Positions 20,411 through 32,700 of a stretch of DNA of 64,000 nt are shown in pieces (the stretch's first letter is position 1; every line of letters starts with the position of its first letter). The position numbers and the translations under genes were made by a program. The stretch is from assembly GCA_965223425.1 (NCBI GenBank), contig OZ245003.1, forward strand, positions 512,001 to 576,000, read 5' to 3'. This stretch comes from Nitrosopumilus sp. Lineage in GTDB: Archaea; Thermoproteota; Nitrososphaeria; Nitrososphaerales; Nitrosopumilaceae. Under the pieces are notes generated by a model. It ran no database searches and was not told where the DNA came from. It saw only the letters and a program-made list of their open reading frames with translations.

Positions 20411-21016
20411 TCATTTGTTAATTTGTTCTTTTACTTTTTCTAAAATGCTCTCGTCTACAAGATTTTGTTCATACAATGCCTCTGTAATTTGTAAAATATC
20501 CAGAATTGAATGCATCTTTACTCCCAATTCAGACAGGGCCTCATCTGCACCTTCCATTCTATTCACAATTACATATGCGTCTTTTACAGAAATGTTCACT
20601 TCTTTTAGTAATTTTATTGCATTTACAACCGAACCCCCGGTAGTTGCAACATCATCAATCATGACTACTTTCATTCCATCATGAATTTTTCCTTCAACTG
20701 ATTTTGAAGTGCCGTAATCTTTTGGCTTACTTCTTACATAGATTAGTGGTTTTACAGTTTCTATGGATAATGCAGTTGCAATCACCAATCCGCCTGTTGG
20801 TATAGAAGCAACAGAATCAAATGTGTCTAATCCGATGTCTTGCACAATTTCACTTTCAAGATGTTTTACCATTTTTCTAAATTCGTGAGGATAGCCTGAA
20901 ACTAATCTCAAGTCCATATAGTATGAGCTCTTTTTTCCACTGGCAAGAGTGAAATCTCCAAATTTTATGATGCCATTTTGATGCAAAAAGGTTGTAAACT
21001 CTTTTACAAAGTCCAT
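20411..21016 (-). CDS. pyrE: Orotate phosphoribosyltransferase
   Basis: FGDFTLASGKKSSYYMD, VMIDDVATTGGS. Confidence 0.95.
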   Translation of the reverse strand: MDFVKEFTTFLHQNGIIKFGDFTLASGKKSSYYMDLRLVSGYPHEFRKMVKHLESEIVQDIGLDTFDSVASIPTGGLVIATALSIETVKPLIYVRSKPKDYGTSKSVEGKIHDGMKVVMIDDVATTGGSVVNAIKLLKEVNISVKDAYVIVNRMEGADEALSELGVKMHSILDILQITEALYEQNLVDESILEKVKEQINK

Positions 21017-21066
21017 ACCAAAATTAACTACACTGGATTTATTTTGGTTTGTATTATGTATGAATC

Positions 21067-22149
21067 ATGCCTGAAATCTGGTTAAATTATGGTGTTACAG
21101 ACGTTGTTTTAGACATAAGGGCAGAAAATTTGGAGCAAAAAATTGATTCTGAGGGTAAAATTTTAGAGGATCAAGCGATCCATGAAAAACTCAACGCACT
21201 TGACCTGTCAAAACCGATGGAACTTGTAGTTTTACATAATTCAAAATCCATCCAAAAAATCATTTCATCATTATTTACACTATGTGAGCAAAAATCAAAG
21301 CCATTCCCAAAAATTTTGGCTGATAAAAAAATACTAAATCTTGTCAAAGCAGGATTGCCTGAAGGAAGCTCCATAAATGAATTTGACAATGCTGGACTTT
21401 CAAATTCAAACCTTGTATTCATGTCTGAAATGGAGTTTGATGGATTGTTTGGCTATGAGACCATTTCAACTCGCCTGATCAAAAAATTCGGTCTAGAATC
21501 CATGCTTTTGGCATATGCAAAAAGACAAGGAAACCTTCCCGCACCTGGACAATATCCTGAAAGTTTGGAGGAGGCAAAAAAATTTACTGATAACTTTGAA
21601 ATTCAAGGAATTGAAATAGTTGCCAATTCTGAAGGCATAATAGATTTTTCTATAGGCCATCCCTCTGAAACTGCTTCCTCAACAAAAATTTTGGAATCCC
21701 ATTCGATTAAAGATGTGGGTCAGCACAAAACAATGATAGCTAGTACCGGTAAAGATGCAAGTAATGACCGTCTGGGAAAATCACTCTCGTCTCTTTGGAA
21801 TTGCTCAAATGCAGTTAAAAAAGACGGTCTGGCAATTTTGGTGGCCGAATGTAAAGGCGGTTTGGGTTCTGATGCAATTCAGCAATACGTTGAAGATAGA
21901 CTGACCCTGGAGCAGCTACGAAACCCCGCTAAATACATCAGCGGAATGGAGGATTTGCTGTTTCTTTCCGAAGTTCAAAAGAACTTTCAAATTGGCTTGA
22001 TCTCAATCCTTCCGGAATTTTATGCAAAGAAACTTGACATGATTTCCCTGCCTGGAATAAAGTATTCCATGGATTATATTCTAAAAACACAAGGCGCAAG
22101 ACAGAAAGTTGCAGTAGTTACAGATGGTGCAAGACTTTTGTTACGGTAA
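21067..22149 (+). CDS. LarA/DUF2088-like protein
   Basis: MPEIWLNYG N-terminus; AVKKDGLAILVAECKGGLG. Confidence 0.6.
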   Translation: MPEIWLNYGVTDVVLDIRAENLEQKIDSEGKILEDQAIHEKLNALDLSKPMELVVLHNSKSIQKIISSLFTLCEQKSKPFPKILADKKILNLVKAGLPEGSSINEFDNAGLSNSNLVFMSEMEFDGLFGYETISTRLIKKFGLESMLLAYAKRQGNLPAPGQYPESLEEAKKFTDNFEIQGIEIVANSEGIIDFSIGHPSETASSTKILESHSIKDVGQHKTMIASTGKDASNDRLGKSLSSLWNCSNAVKKDGLAILVAECKGGLGSDAIQQYVEDRLTLEQLRNPAKYISGMEDLLFLSEVQKNFQIGLISILPEFYAKKLDMISLPGIKYSMDYILKTQGARQKVAVVTDGARLLLR

Positions 22150-23247
22150 AAAGCCGGGTAAAAACTCTGTTGGTAACGGCGCGCATAAAACCGCTAATCC
22201 GATAATTCCAATGTATGCAAGTTTCCTATTTCTTGAAAGTGGCGATACATCATCTAGCGGGCTTGCGCTAGGATTCCTCGAGCTCATTACAAGAATCAAT
22301 ACTGCCATTAGCCAATAATTTAGCAAAACCAGAATTGCCATACTCCCATAAGTTGCATACCTGTGCATCTTTGGGCCAAGTAATGTTCTGGCCATGTGCC
22401 CTCCATCTAATTGCCATGCAGGCAGCAAATTCAAAAACGTAATTAAAAATCCAATCCAAGCTGCAAATAAAACCGGCGTCATGATTACCTCGTGTCCGCT
22501 TGTGCCCTTACCAAACATTGCCAAGCTAGCAGACATTAGCAATGGCTCTCCCTGGCCCCATTCCATCAACCTCGATTCAGCAAATAACCCTGCAGCAATG
22601 TCTTGATCTAGGACTGGTGCAGTGTATGCTCCATAAATTGAAACTATTACTGCAATTACCAATCCTGCAATGGGGCCTGCAATAGCTACATCAAATAGGA
22701 TTTCCCTGTTGATTGTTAGCCCTCTTGATTGAATGAACGCACCAAATGTTGGAATGCCAATTACTGGCAGTCCTGGTATAAAGTAGGGCCAACTTGTTTT
22801 TAGCCCATGTAATTTTGCAGCAATAATGTGACCTAGTTCATGAATTCCCAAAATTCCCAATAGCGATACTGTGTATACTAGGGCCATCTCTAAAGGATCC
22901 CCTATCTCTACAATTGAATTTGTTCCAGCTGTTCTGTAATATCCGTCAATCATTACAAATGAAATTACAACTGCAAACAACATTCTGGGAGTCCATGCGG
23001 CATTCAGCCATCTTCTCTGTTTTTTCGGAGCAAATTTTTGAATGATTATATATTTTGAATCATTCATCCTCTCTAATTTACAAACATAACTCATATCCTC
23101 TAATTTTCTTGCTAAACTCTCAAATTTTGATTTGAATTCCCCATCTTCAATTCTAAACTCTAAGGAAAATTCTGCCTTTGTAAAATCGCTGACATCAAAC
23201 ATGGAATTGACTAACGAAATAATCTCATCCTGTGAGGGCTCCTCCAT
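22141..23247 (-). CDS. Site-2 protease (M50 family)
   Basis: HELGH, IAGP, NLLPAWQLDGGH. Confidence 0.93.
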   Translation of the reverse strand: MEEPSQDEIISLVNSMFDVSDFTKAEFSLEFRIEDGEFKSKFESLARKLEDMSYVCKLERMNDSKYIIIQKFAPKKQRRWLNAAWTPRMLFAVVISFVMIDGYYRTAGTNSIVEIGDPLEMALVYTVSLLGILGIHELGHIIAAKLHGLKTSWPYFIPGLPVIGIPTFGAFIQSRGLTINREILFDVAIAGPIAGLVIAVIVSIYGAYTAPVLDQDIAAGLFAESRLMEWGQGEPLLMSASLAMFGKGTSGHEVIMTPVLFAAWIGFLITFLNLLPAWQLDGGHMARTLLGPKMHRYATYGSMAILVLLNYWLMAVLILVMSSRNPSASPLDDVSPLSRNRKLAYIGIIGLAVLCAPLPTEFLPGFLP

Positions 23248-23291
23248 CTATTTAGGCTAGATCTTTCCATTAAAATGGGTTTTTGGTTTAA

Positions 23292-23380
23292 CAGCTAAGC
23301 GAAATGATTAAGGAAACCACTCTCATGTGCAGAACCAAACCGCTGATCTGATCTCAGATTTGAGGCATTTTGCTTAACTG
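23292..23380 (+). mobile_element. MITE family A, left copy (89 bp)
   Basis: IRs CAGCTAAGCGAAATG / CATTTTGCTTAACTG; core nearly identical to 35856-35957. Confidence 0.85.
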
Positions 23381-23385
23381 GGGTC

Positions 23386-23522
23386 CAGTCTTCCCAGAAG
23401 TACCAAGTTTTCCTCTGAACCATAACCAGTAATCCGTGATTCTACAGATTCTGGGTGCGTGTGATTCTTTGTAGTAGAAAGTTTCTCCTCTTGGTAATCT
23501 CTACGAAGTACTGGGAAGACTG
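23386..23522 (+). mobile_element. MITE family B, left copy (137 bp)
   Basis: IRs CAGTCTTCCCAG / CTGGGAAGACTG; inverted diverged copy at 35721-35851. Confidence 0.8.
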
Positions 23523-23680
23523 GAGTTTGAAAAAAAATATATAAATATCAAAACAAAAGCATCAAGTTGTTGAATCATACATTTCAGTTATCTGCTTTCA
23601 AGAAGCCGTCGCTAGCCTTACTGCACCTCTGTCATTCCTGCAGTAATCTTGCCTTCCCTGCCACAATGTTGCCTGACATC

Positions 23681-23693
23681 GGGGGGGGGGGGG
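23681..23693 (+). repeat. G13 homopolymer upstream of the giant ORF
   Basis: 13 consecutive G. Confidence 0.9.
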
Positions 23694-23758
23694 TGGAGGA
23701 AGGATTAGCAGCAGCAGTAATGGCATTGGGAGAAGAAGAGTACAGGAGATTCTGAGAG

Positions 23759-26700
23759 TTGCGACGATTGATAAAACCGCCGTTGCTTGCAACGACAACA
23801 ACGACAGCAGCAGCAATAGCGGCACTTGTTCTTCTGATTCCCCTTTGCATTCCCCTTGCTGATGCTGCGATAGATTCGCCTGTTCCAGTCGCCTCCTTTG
23901 ATGACGGAGACACCGTCACAGTCGGCATGACAAACAAGACATTTGACGAGCTTGACCAAGCACATGACATCACCACGGTAAGGATAGGCACCGGCACGTA
24001 CGCCCTGGTCGTATCATTAACTGACTCAGGTGTCCAGATAATAGACATTACAGATCCCGCAAGCCCCGTCCCGACTGCCTCCTTTGAGGACGGGGACACA
24101 GTCGAAGTCGGCGGGACAAACAAGACATTTGACAAGCTTTTCAACGGACGGGACATCACCACGGTAAGGATAGGCTCCAGTACCTACGCCCTGGTCGCAG
24201 CAACCCTTGACCACGGCGTCCAGATAATAGACATTACAGATCCCGCAAACCCCGTCCCGACTGCCTCCTTTGAGGACGGGGACACAGTCGAAGTCGGCAT
24301 GACAAACAAGACATTTGACGAGCTTAGGCAACCATATGGCATCACCACGGTAAGGATAGGCTCCAGTACCTACGCCCTGGTCGCAGCAAACCTTGATGAC
24401 GGCGTCCAGATAATAGACATTACGGATCCCGCAAGCCCCGTCCCGACTGCCTCCTTTGAGGACGGGGACACAGTCGAAGTCGGCGGGACAAACAAGACAT
24501 TTGACGAGCTTGATGGCGCACGGGGCATCACCACGGTAAGGATAGGCTCCAGTACCTACGCCCTGGTCGCAGCATACTTTGATGACGGCGTCCAGATAAT
24601 AGACATTACGGATCCCGCAAGCCCCGTCCCGACTGCCTCCTTTGAGGACGGGGACACAGTCGAAGTCGGCGGGACAAACAAGACATTTGACGAGCTTGGG
24701 AAAGCATTTGGCATCACCACGGTAAGGATAGGCTCCAGTACCTACGCCCTGGTCGCAGCATACGTTGATGACGGCGTCCAGATAATAGACATTACGGATC
24801 CCGCAAGCCCCGTCCCGACTGCCTCCTTTGAGGACGGGGACACAGTCGAAGTCGGCGGGACAAACAAGACATTTGACGAGCTTGATGGCGCATTTGGCAT
24901 CACCACGGTAAGGATAGGCTCCAGTACCTACGCCCTGGTCGCAGCATACTTTGATGACGGCGTCCAGATAATAGACATTACGGATCCCGCAAGCCCCGTC
25001 CCGACTGCCTCCTTTGAGGACGGGGACACAGTCCAAGTCGGCGGGACAAACAAGACATTTGACGAGCTTGATGGCGCACAGGGCATTACCGTAGTGGATA
25101 TAGGTGCCAGTACCTACGTACTGGTCGCATCATACGTTGATGACGGCGTCCAGATAATAGACATTACCAATCCCGCAATAGATCCCCCCAGGTTCGTCTC
25201 AGCCGAACTAGACGAGTTAACTGGTGTGCTGAGCGTCACCTTTGACAAGACAATCGACGCATCCAGCGTCGATGCCACAATGTTCCACATAAGAGAGCCC
25301 GAATCCATCACGGGAGGAGTGACCCTGTCTGCACCGGAGCTTGACACTGCCGCTATTGCTACTACTGACGGCACCGCGCTCTCATTTACGCTGACTGGCC
25401 CGAACCGCGACGCAGTCATCGCGCTAGATGACCCGCAGCTGGAGATAGGGGAGGGCGCCGTGGCCGACGTCAATGGCACCAAGATAACTGCAGCATTTGA
25501 TATACGGACTGCCAGGTTCGCCGAGTCTTTTGCCTTGGGGGCGACAGATAAAGGTACCAGAGACATCTCCTTCTCAAATGACGGCCTGAGGATGTTACTG
25601 GCAGGCCCCAATCGTAATTCTAACGTACACCAGTACGTCCTGCCTGCAGCATTTGACGTGTCAGGCGCCAACCTTACCAACGATGTTACGCTTTCAGACG
25701 CTCCTTCCATAAACGGAATCACCTTCTCAAATGACGGCCTAAGGATGTTTACGGTCAATACGTTAATTGATGCCGTATACCAGTACGCCCTGCCTACAGC
25801 ATTTGACGTGTCAGGCGCCAGCTTTGCTCAATCCCTCAACATCCAATCTCCGCGAACCCATCCAACTGACGTCGCCTTTTCAAACGACGGCCACAGGATG
25901 TTCTTGGTGGGGATTTTCGAATATAAGATAGACCGGTACGACCTGCCTACAGCATTTAACGTGACAGGCGCCGAACACGTCGGCGTTTTCTCATTAGAAC
26001 GAAGGATAGATGGTAATCAGTATGGCCTTACCTTCTCAAATGACGGCCACAGGATGTTCGTTATGTTTGGACAAGATAATTCAAACACCTTCTACGCCTA
26101 CAAATCCGTACACCAGTACGACCTGCCTACAGCATTTGACACGACAGGCGCCAGCCTTGTCGGCACCTTTGATGTCTCTCCGCAGTCGACGACACAAACA
26201 GGCATCGCCTTCTCAAATGACGGCCTTGGGATGTTCAGTACAGATACGTCTACTAGCACAGTATACCGGTACGACCTGAGGCTGCTCTACGACATAAACA
26301 GGCAGCCAGTCGCAGAGGCAGGCCCAAACCAGCACGTGCAGGAAAGAGACACGGTGACCCTTGACGGGACCAACTCGGCGGATCCTGATGACGGCGACAC
26401 CACCACCCTGACATACTCGTGGTCCCAGACATCCGGCTCCCCTGCCGTATCCCTGGAAAACGCCAACACAACAAGCCCCACATTCACTGCACCGCAAACC
26501 GGCAGTACTGCCGCCCTAGAGTTCACGCTTACGGCAAGCGACGATTCCTTGTCAAACGGCACTGACACGGTAACTGTCACAGTCTACGACGACCAGACAG
26601 TCTTTGCCAGGTCTGCCACGTACTATGAAAACCACGGCCTCCTCGGCATAACCTTCAACAGGGACATCGATAGACTGCCAGGTATTTTATTTGACTTGTT

Positions 26701-29700
26701 TTTTATCCGCGAGTCCGGCTCTAATTTTGGCGGCTCGGATCTTGCCTCCTCTGAATGGCTGCAAAACACGGCAGCGCGCAGCACGATGATCTTCATGCTT
26801 GACCCGTCCACGGATGACGCAGTCAGGGCTTTGACATTCCCGGAGATTGACATAGAGGCTTTTGCCGTGTCTGGCACAAATGGCATCCGATTTCTGTACG
26901 ACCAAGTCGAACTGCCAGTCGTCAAAAGCGGCGCATTTCTTCCGCGGGTAACCACTGCTGTTGCCTCGGCCCAAAGCGAGATCACCGTGCGCTTTTTGTC
27001 CAACGTCGACACGGACATAACCAACGGCACGGGATGGTCCGTGGGCGCCTCCGTGGACGTGGGCCTGGAAGAAAACCTTGCCGTAGAGTCAAACTCGGAT
27101 CCCGGCGGGACGACAGACGCCATGACGCTTGCGCTAAACGGCTCGCTGCCAACAGGATTCAGGTCAGGTGCCATCTTCCTTGACTACCAGAGGCCGTCTG
27201 ATGACGGCACCGGCATCTTCAACGGCACCGAATACCTGGGCAGCACCAACCGCATCTTGCTAACTGACGGCATACCACCGGTAATAGTCAATGCCAGCGC
27301 AGCTTCTCCAACTGCCACGTCAATAACCCTGACCTTCTCAGAGAGGATCACAGGCAAGTCTGATGCCGAAAGCTTTTCGCTCTCGCGTACGGCAGGCAGC
27401 GCCACCACGACGCCGGTGCCTGCAGTGGTGTCGCAGGTAGAGGCCGGCTCATCTCCCACCATCACGCTTAACCTTAACGGCACCATCGGCAACAACGACC
27501 TGGTTATCGGCTACAACCGGGATCTGGGAGGCGACAGCAGCATGGCAGACATTGCAGGCAACCCCGTGGCAAGCTTTGCAGACATACCGGTGGCCACGCC
27601 GCCTGCGGATCCCGTTCTGCCTACACCACCGGAAGACGACAGCTACGCGATAGATTCGCCTGTTCCAGTAGCCTCTATCACTGACGGCCAGACCCATTCT
27701 AACGGCAAGACATTTGACGAGCTTAACGGCGTATATGACATCGCCACAGTAAAGATAGACACTAGTACCTACGCCCTGGTTGTAGCAAGCACATTTGGTG
27801 CTGACAACGGCGTCCAGATAATCGACATTACAGATCCCGCAAATCCCGCACCAGTCGCCTCCTTTGATAAAGGGGATACCGTCACAGTCGGCAATGCAAC
27901 CAAGACATTTGACGAGCTTCTTGGCGCACGAGCCATCACCACAGTAAAGATAGACACTAGTACCTACGCCCTGGTCGCAGCATTCACTGACAACGGCGTC
28001 CAGATAATCAACGTCACCAATCCCGACTTGCCAGCCCCAGTCGCCTCCTTTGATGACGGGGACATCGTCACAGTCAACGGGACAACCAAGACATTTGACA
28101 CGCTTCGAGGTACACGAACCATCACCACCGTGGATATAGACTCCAGCACGTACGCCCTGGTAGCAGCATCCAATGACGACGGCGTCCAGATAGTCGACAT
28201 TACAGATCCCGCAAAACCCGTCCCAACCGCCTCCTTTGATGACGGGGACACCGTCACAGTCGGCGATACAGAGAAGACGTTTGACGAGCTTAATGGCGCA
28301 CGGGCCATCACCACCGTGGATATAGATTCCAGCACGTACGCCCTGGTCGCATCATTTAATGACGACGGCGTCCAGATAGTCGACATTACAGATCCCACAA
28401 AACCCGTCCCAACCGCCTCCTTTGATGACGGGGACACCGTCGAAGTCGGCGGGACAACCAAGACATTTGACGAGCTTGATCAGGCAAATGGCATCACCAC
28501 AGTAAAGATAGATTCCAGCACGTACGCCCTGGTCGCATCATTAGATGACGACGGCGTCCAGATAGTCGACATTACAGATCCCGCAAAACCCGTCCCAACC
28601 GCCTCCTTTGATGACGGGGACACCGTCACAGTCGGCAATGCAAACAGGACATTTGACGAGCTTGACGGCGCACGGGCCATCACCACCGTGGATATAGGTT
28701 CCAGCACGTACGCCCTGGTCGCATCATTTAATGACGACGGCGTCCAGATAGTCGACATTACGGATCCCTCAAACCCCTTCCCGACAGCCTCCTTTGATGA
28801 CGGGGACACCGTCACAGTCAATGGGACAACCAGGACATTTGACGAGCTTGACGGCGCACGGGCCATCACCACCGTGGATATAGGTTCCAGCACGTACGCC
28901 CTGGTCGCATCACTCACTGACAACGGCGTCCAGATAGTCGGCATCTCGTCAAGATCTATTACAAACCAGCCCACTGTAGCCCCAACCCTCGTATCTGTTG
29001 AAAGGCACGACCCTGCCACACAGAACACAAACGATACCACCCCGACCTTCAGGGCAACCTTCAGCAAGGCAGTAACCAACGTGGATGCACCAGACTTTGT
29101 GATCATAGGTGATGCCACAGCGACAGTCTCTGCTGTCACCCCGGTATCTGATACGGTATACCACGTGGAGGTAAACGTGACTGCAGACGGCATAGTCAAC
29201 CTTGGCATCGCTGCAGGACACAACATCCAAGATGCTGCAGGCAACTCCCTGTTCGGTACTGAGCCTACCGATACAGACGAGCCATACACCATAGATACAG
29301 TTCCCCCAACCCTTGCATCAGTTACAAGGCACAGCCCTGCAGAGGAGGACACAAGCCGTGTCTATCCGGCCTTCAGGGTCACCTTCAGCGAGGAAGTAAA
29401 CAACGTGGATGAATCAGACTTTGATACCACAGGCAGCGCCACCGTGGATGGCTTGGAAGTCCTCCTAAACTTTGCTTTGGGTAACATCCCCGTATACGAC
29501 ATATTTGCAACGGTAACTGCAGATGGCACAATCAACCTTGACATCAATACAGAAAACGACATCAAAGACGCCGCAGGCAACGCCCTGTCCGGCACGGCAC
29601 CGACGGGGGCCGACGAATCATACACCATAGATACCGCTCCGCCAACCCTTGTATCCGTTGCAAGGCATGACCCCCTCACAGAAAACACAAACGATACCAC

Positions 29701-32700
29701 CCCCACCTTCGGGGTAACCTTCAGCGAGGCAGTAAACAACGTGGACCAATCAGACTTTGATACCTCAGGCAACGCCACTTCAACAGTCTTCACAGTCACC
29801 AAGGCATCTGATACGGTATACCACGTGGGGGTGACCGTAACTGCAAACGGCACAGTCGGCCTTGAACTCGCATTAACAGAAGACATTCATGATGCTGCAC
29901 GCAACCCCCTGCTTGTAGCGCTGACTGTCGACGAATCATACAACGTCCTCCTCACGCAGGCAGAAAACCGGCAGCCGACAATCACCCTAACCGGCGACAA
30001 CCCTGCAACTGCAGAAAGGTACGTCACATACACAGATGCCGGGGCAGCCTGCGCCGATCCTGACGGCGATGATATAACGCTTACCAGCTCTTCTAATGTG
30101 GACACGGACACAGTATCTTTGCCGGCATCTCCTTACCGGTACACCTACTCGTGTACAGACGAACACGGGCTTGCCGCGACAAACAAGACCAGACTCGTCA
30201 GTGTGGAGGATACCGTGAAACCTGTGATTACCCTTGTCGGCCCGGCATCAGTATCGCTGACAGTGGGCGACACATACACGGAAGAAGGGGCAACCTGCAC
30301 TGACTCTGGCCGTCTGCTTGGTGCTGCCAGTATCGGCGGCGCTACGGTGGACACGGCTGTCGTCAACGAGTACGATGTGGTGTATGCCTGCTCAGACGGG
30401 TACAACAACGCTATTCCGGTAACCAGGACCGTAACTGTTACAGAGCCCACGATAACGCCACCACCACCGGACGTCAACGTCCCCCCATCTGCGTCAATCA
30501 GCGCGCCTCCCCGGGCAGCAGAGGGAACGCAGGTATACCTTGACGGGAGCGGCTCGACAGACACTGACGGCACCATACAATCATACAACTGGACTGCCAG
30601 CAACCCGGCAGTAACCATCACCGGCAGCAACCTGCCAACTGCGTCATTTATTGCCCCCCAGGTCACAGAGAACACCCCTCTGCTCATCACGCTGAAGGTA
30701 ACTGACAACCAAGGCGCTACAGGCTCTGCACAGCACACCATGACCATAATCAACATAAGCCCGCCACCTGACGACAGTGCCGCCCCCACCTTCACTGCCA
30801 GGACCGGCCCTGCCACAAACCAGATAACTGTAACATTCTCCAAGGCCGTCAACAGCACTGCTGACTCCCACGCAGCATGGGGCGTGGCAGGAAGCACGGT
30901 CACCGCAGTCACCGGCCTTGACGGGACAGGCAGCACCGCAGTAATAACGCTGCAAAGCCCGGTACAGCCGCCTGATGCAACGCCTGCCGTAACATACAAT
31001 GCCGATGCGGGGGCGGACATTTCAGATGCGGCAGGCAACGCGTTAGCTACTGCAACTGTCACCGCTACTGCGGGACATCCTGCAGGTCTTCACATCCACC
31101 TGATCGGCGATGCCTTCCTATACCACCCGTACGGGGAACCGTACACCGACAAGGGCGCCCTGTGCCATGACGCAGACGGAAACGACATAACTGACACCGG
31201 CGACTATGAAACCCTGCCATACCTGAATCAGACGCAGACAATAAACGAAAAACTTCATGAAGGTCCAGAAACCCCTCTTAATTTTACCCACCCCACCCAA
31301 AACCTTTACCGCCCCTTTGATCCGCAGGAGGTAACATACAAGTGTGCTACCTCGCCGCTTGAATTCGTAGAGGAGTCCAGGCAAGTAGCCCTGCGTGATG
31401 AAACCCCTCCTGAAATCCGACTAAACGGGTCCCGCAACGTGGATCTGGAGATAGGCAAGACATTTAATGATACTGCCACATGCACTGACGCTCCTCTCAA
31501 ATACCAGACAGAACTTGTAGGCGGCCTCTTTTATCTGACTTTTCTCAACTCTTCCCTCCCTGACGGGTACCAGGACGCTACAGGGGAACACACGATAACC
31601 TACACATGTTCGGACTCTAAAGGCAACGACGCAGAGGATACAAGCAGGACGCTTCATGTAGGCACGCCTGACAACACGCCACCCGTGCTTGCAGTCAACC
31701 CCGATGTGGTGACCACCCTGGCAAACGGCACGCATATCGTACGGCAGGATGTCGGCTTTGCAGCAGCAGGTGACGGCGGCCTGCAGTCCGCAGTATCCTG
31801 CACGGACAACAGGGACGATACCCCTGCAATTACCCTTGATCCTGCCACGGTGGACACCTCGTCTGCTGGCACCCATACCATAACGTACTCCTGCACGGAT
31901 GCTGCCGGCAAACAAGCTGATACCGTCACAGTCACCTGGGATTTCGGTCCTGCAGCCCCCGTGCTTGCAGTAACGCCCGCAGACACCGCAGTCACGCTTG
32001 CAATCAACGCATCATACAGCATCCCCGCAGCATCCTGCACAGACCACAAAGACGGCGACATCACCAACACCGGGATTCTAACTGCCATCTCGTCTGGAGG
32101 CCAGCCAGTCGATACAATAGACACCTCCTCTGCAGGCACATACGATATAACGTACTCCTGCTCAGACTCTACCGGCAACACAGTAGAGCACAACGTGACA
32201 GTCACAATCCGGGCTGCCGAAGTTGACAACACGCCGCCTCACATAGTGCTAAAGACGCCGCCCCTGACCCTGTTTGTTCCGGCCGGAGCCGCCTTTGCAG
32301 ATGCCGATCCCGGCGCCCTCTGCATTGATGGCCAGGACGGAACCACAGAAAACACGATCACCGTGGATGTCACCGCACTTGACACGGCCGTTCTTGGCAA
32401 CCACACGGTGACGTACTCCTGCACGGATTCAGGAGGCCTCCCATCCAACACCATATCAAGGACAGTCAGCGTGTACGGATTCACCGTAAACGGAAACACT
32501 ACCGACTTTGCAACTGACATCACCACCTCTGATAAATACGAGCCATACGCAATCCTAGACATTACGAATATCAAGAACGCGTCACCCAGCACAAAGTATT
32601 ACGATACAGACGGGCAAGACACCGCCCCCTTTAACGGAACAACGCTCCAGGCGGGAACCTGGAGCGTGACGTATACCGTCTCTGGCCACGACGACGTGTC

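Noticed and set aside
23866-28945. Diversity-generating retroelement as the cause of the variable loops
   Set aside because: No reverse transcriptase or template repeat in the window, and the differences do not look adenine-specific.
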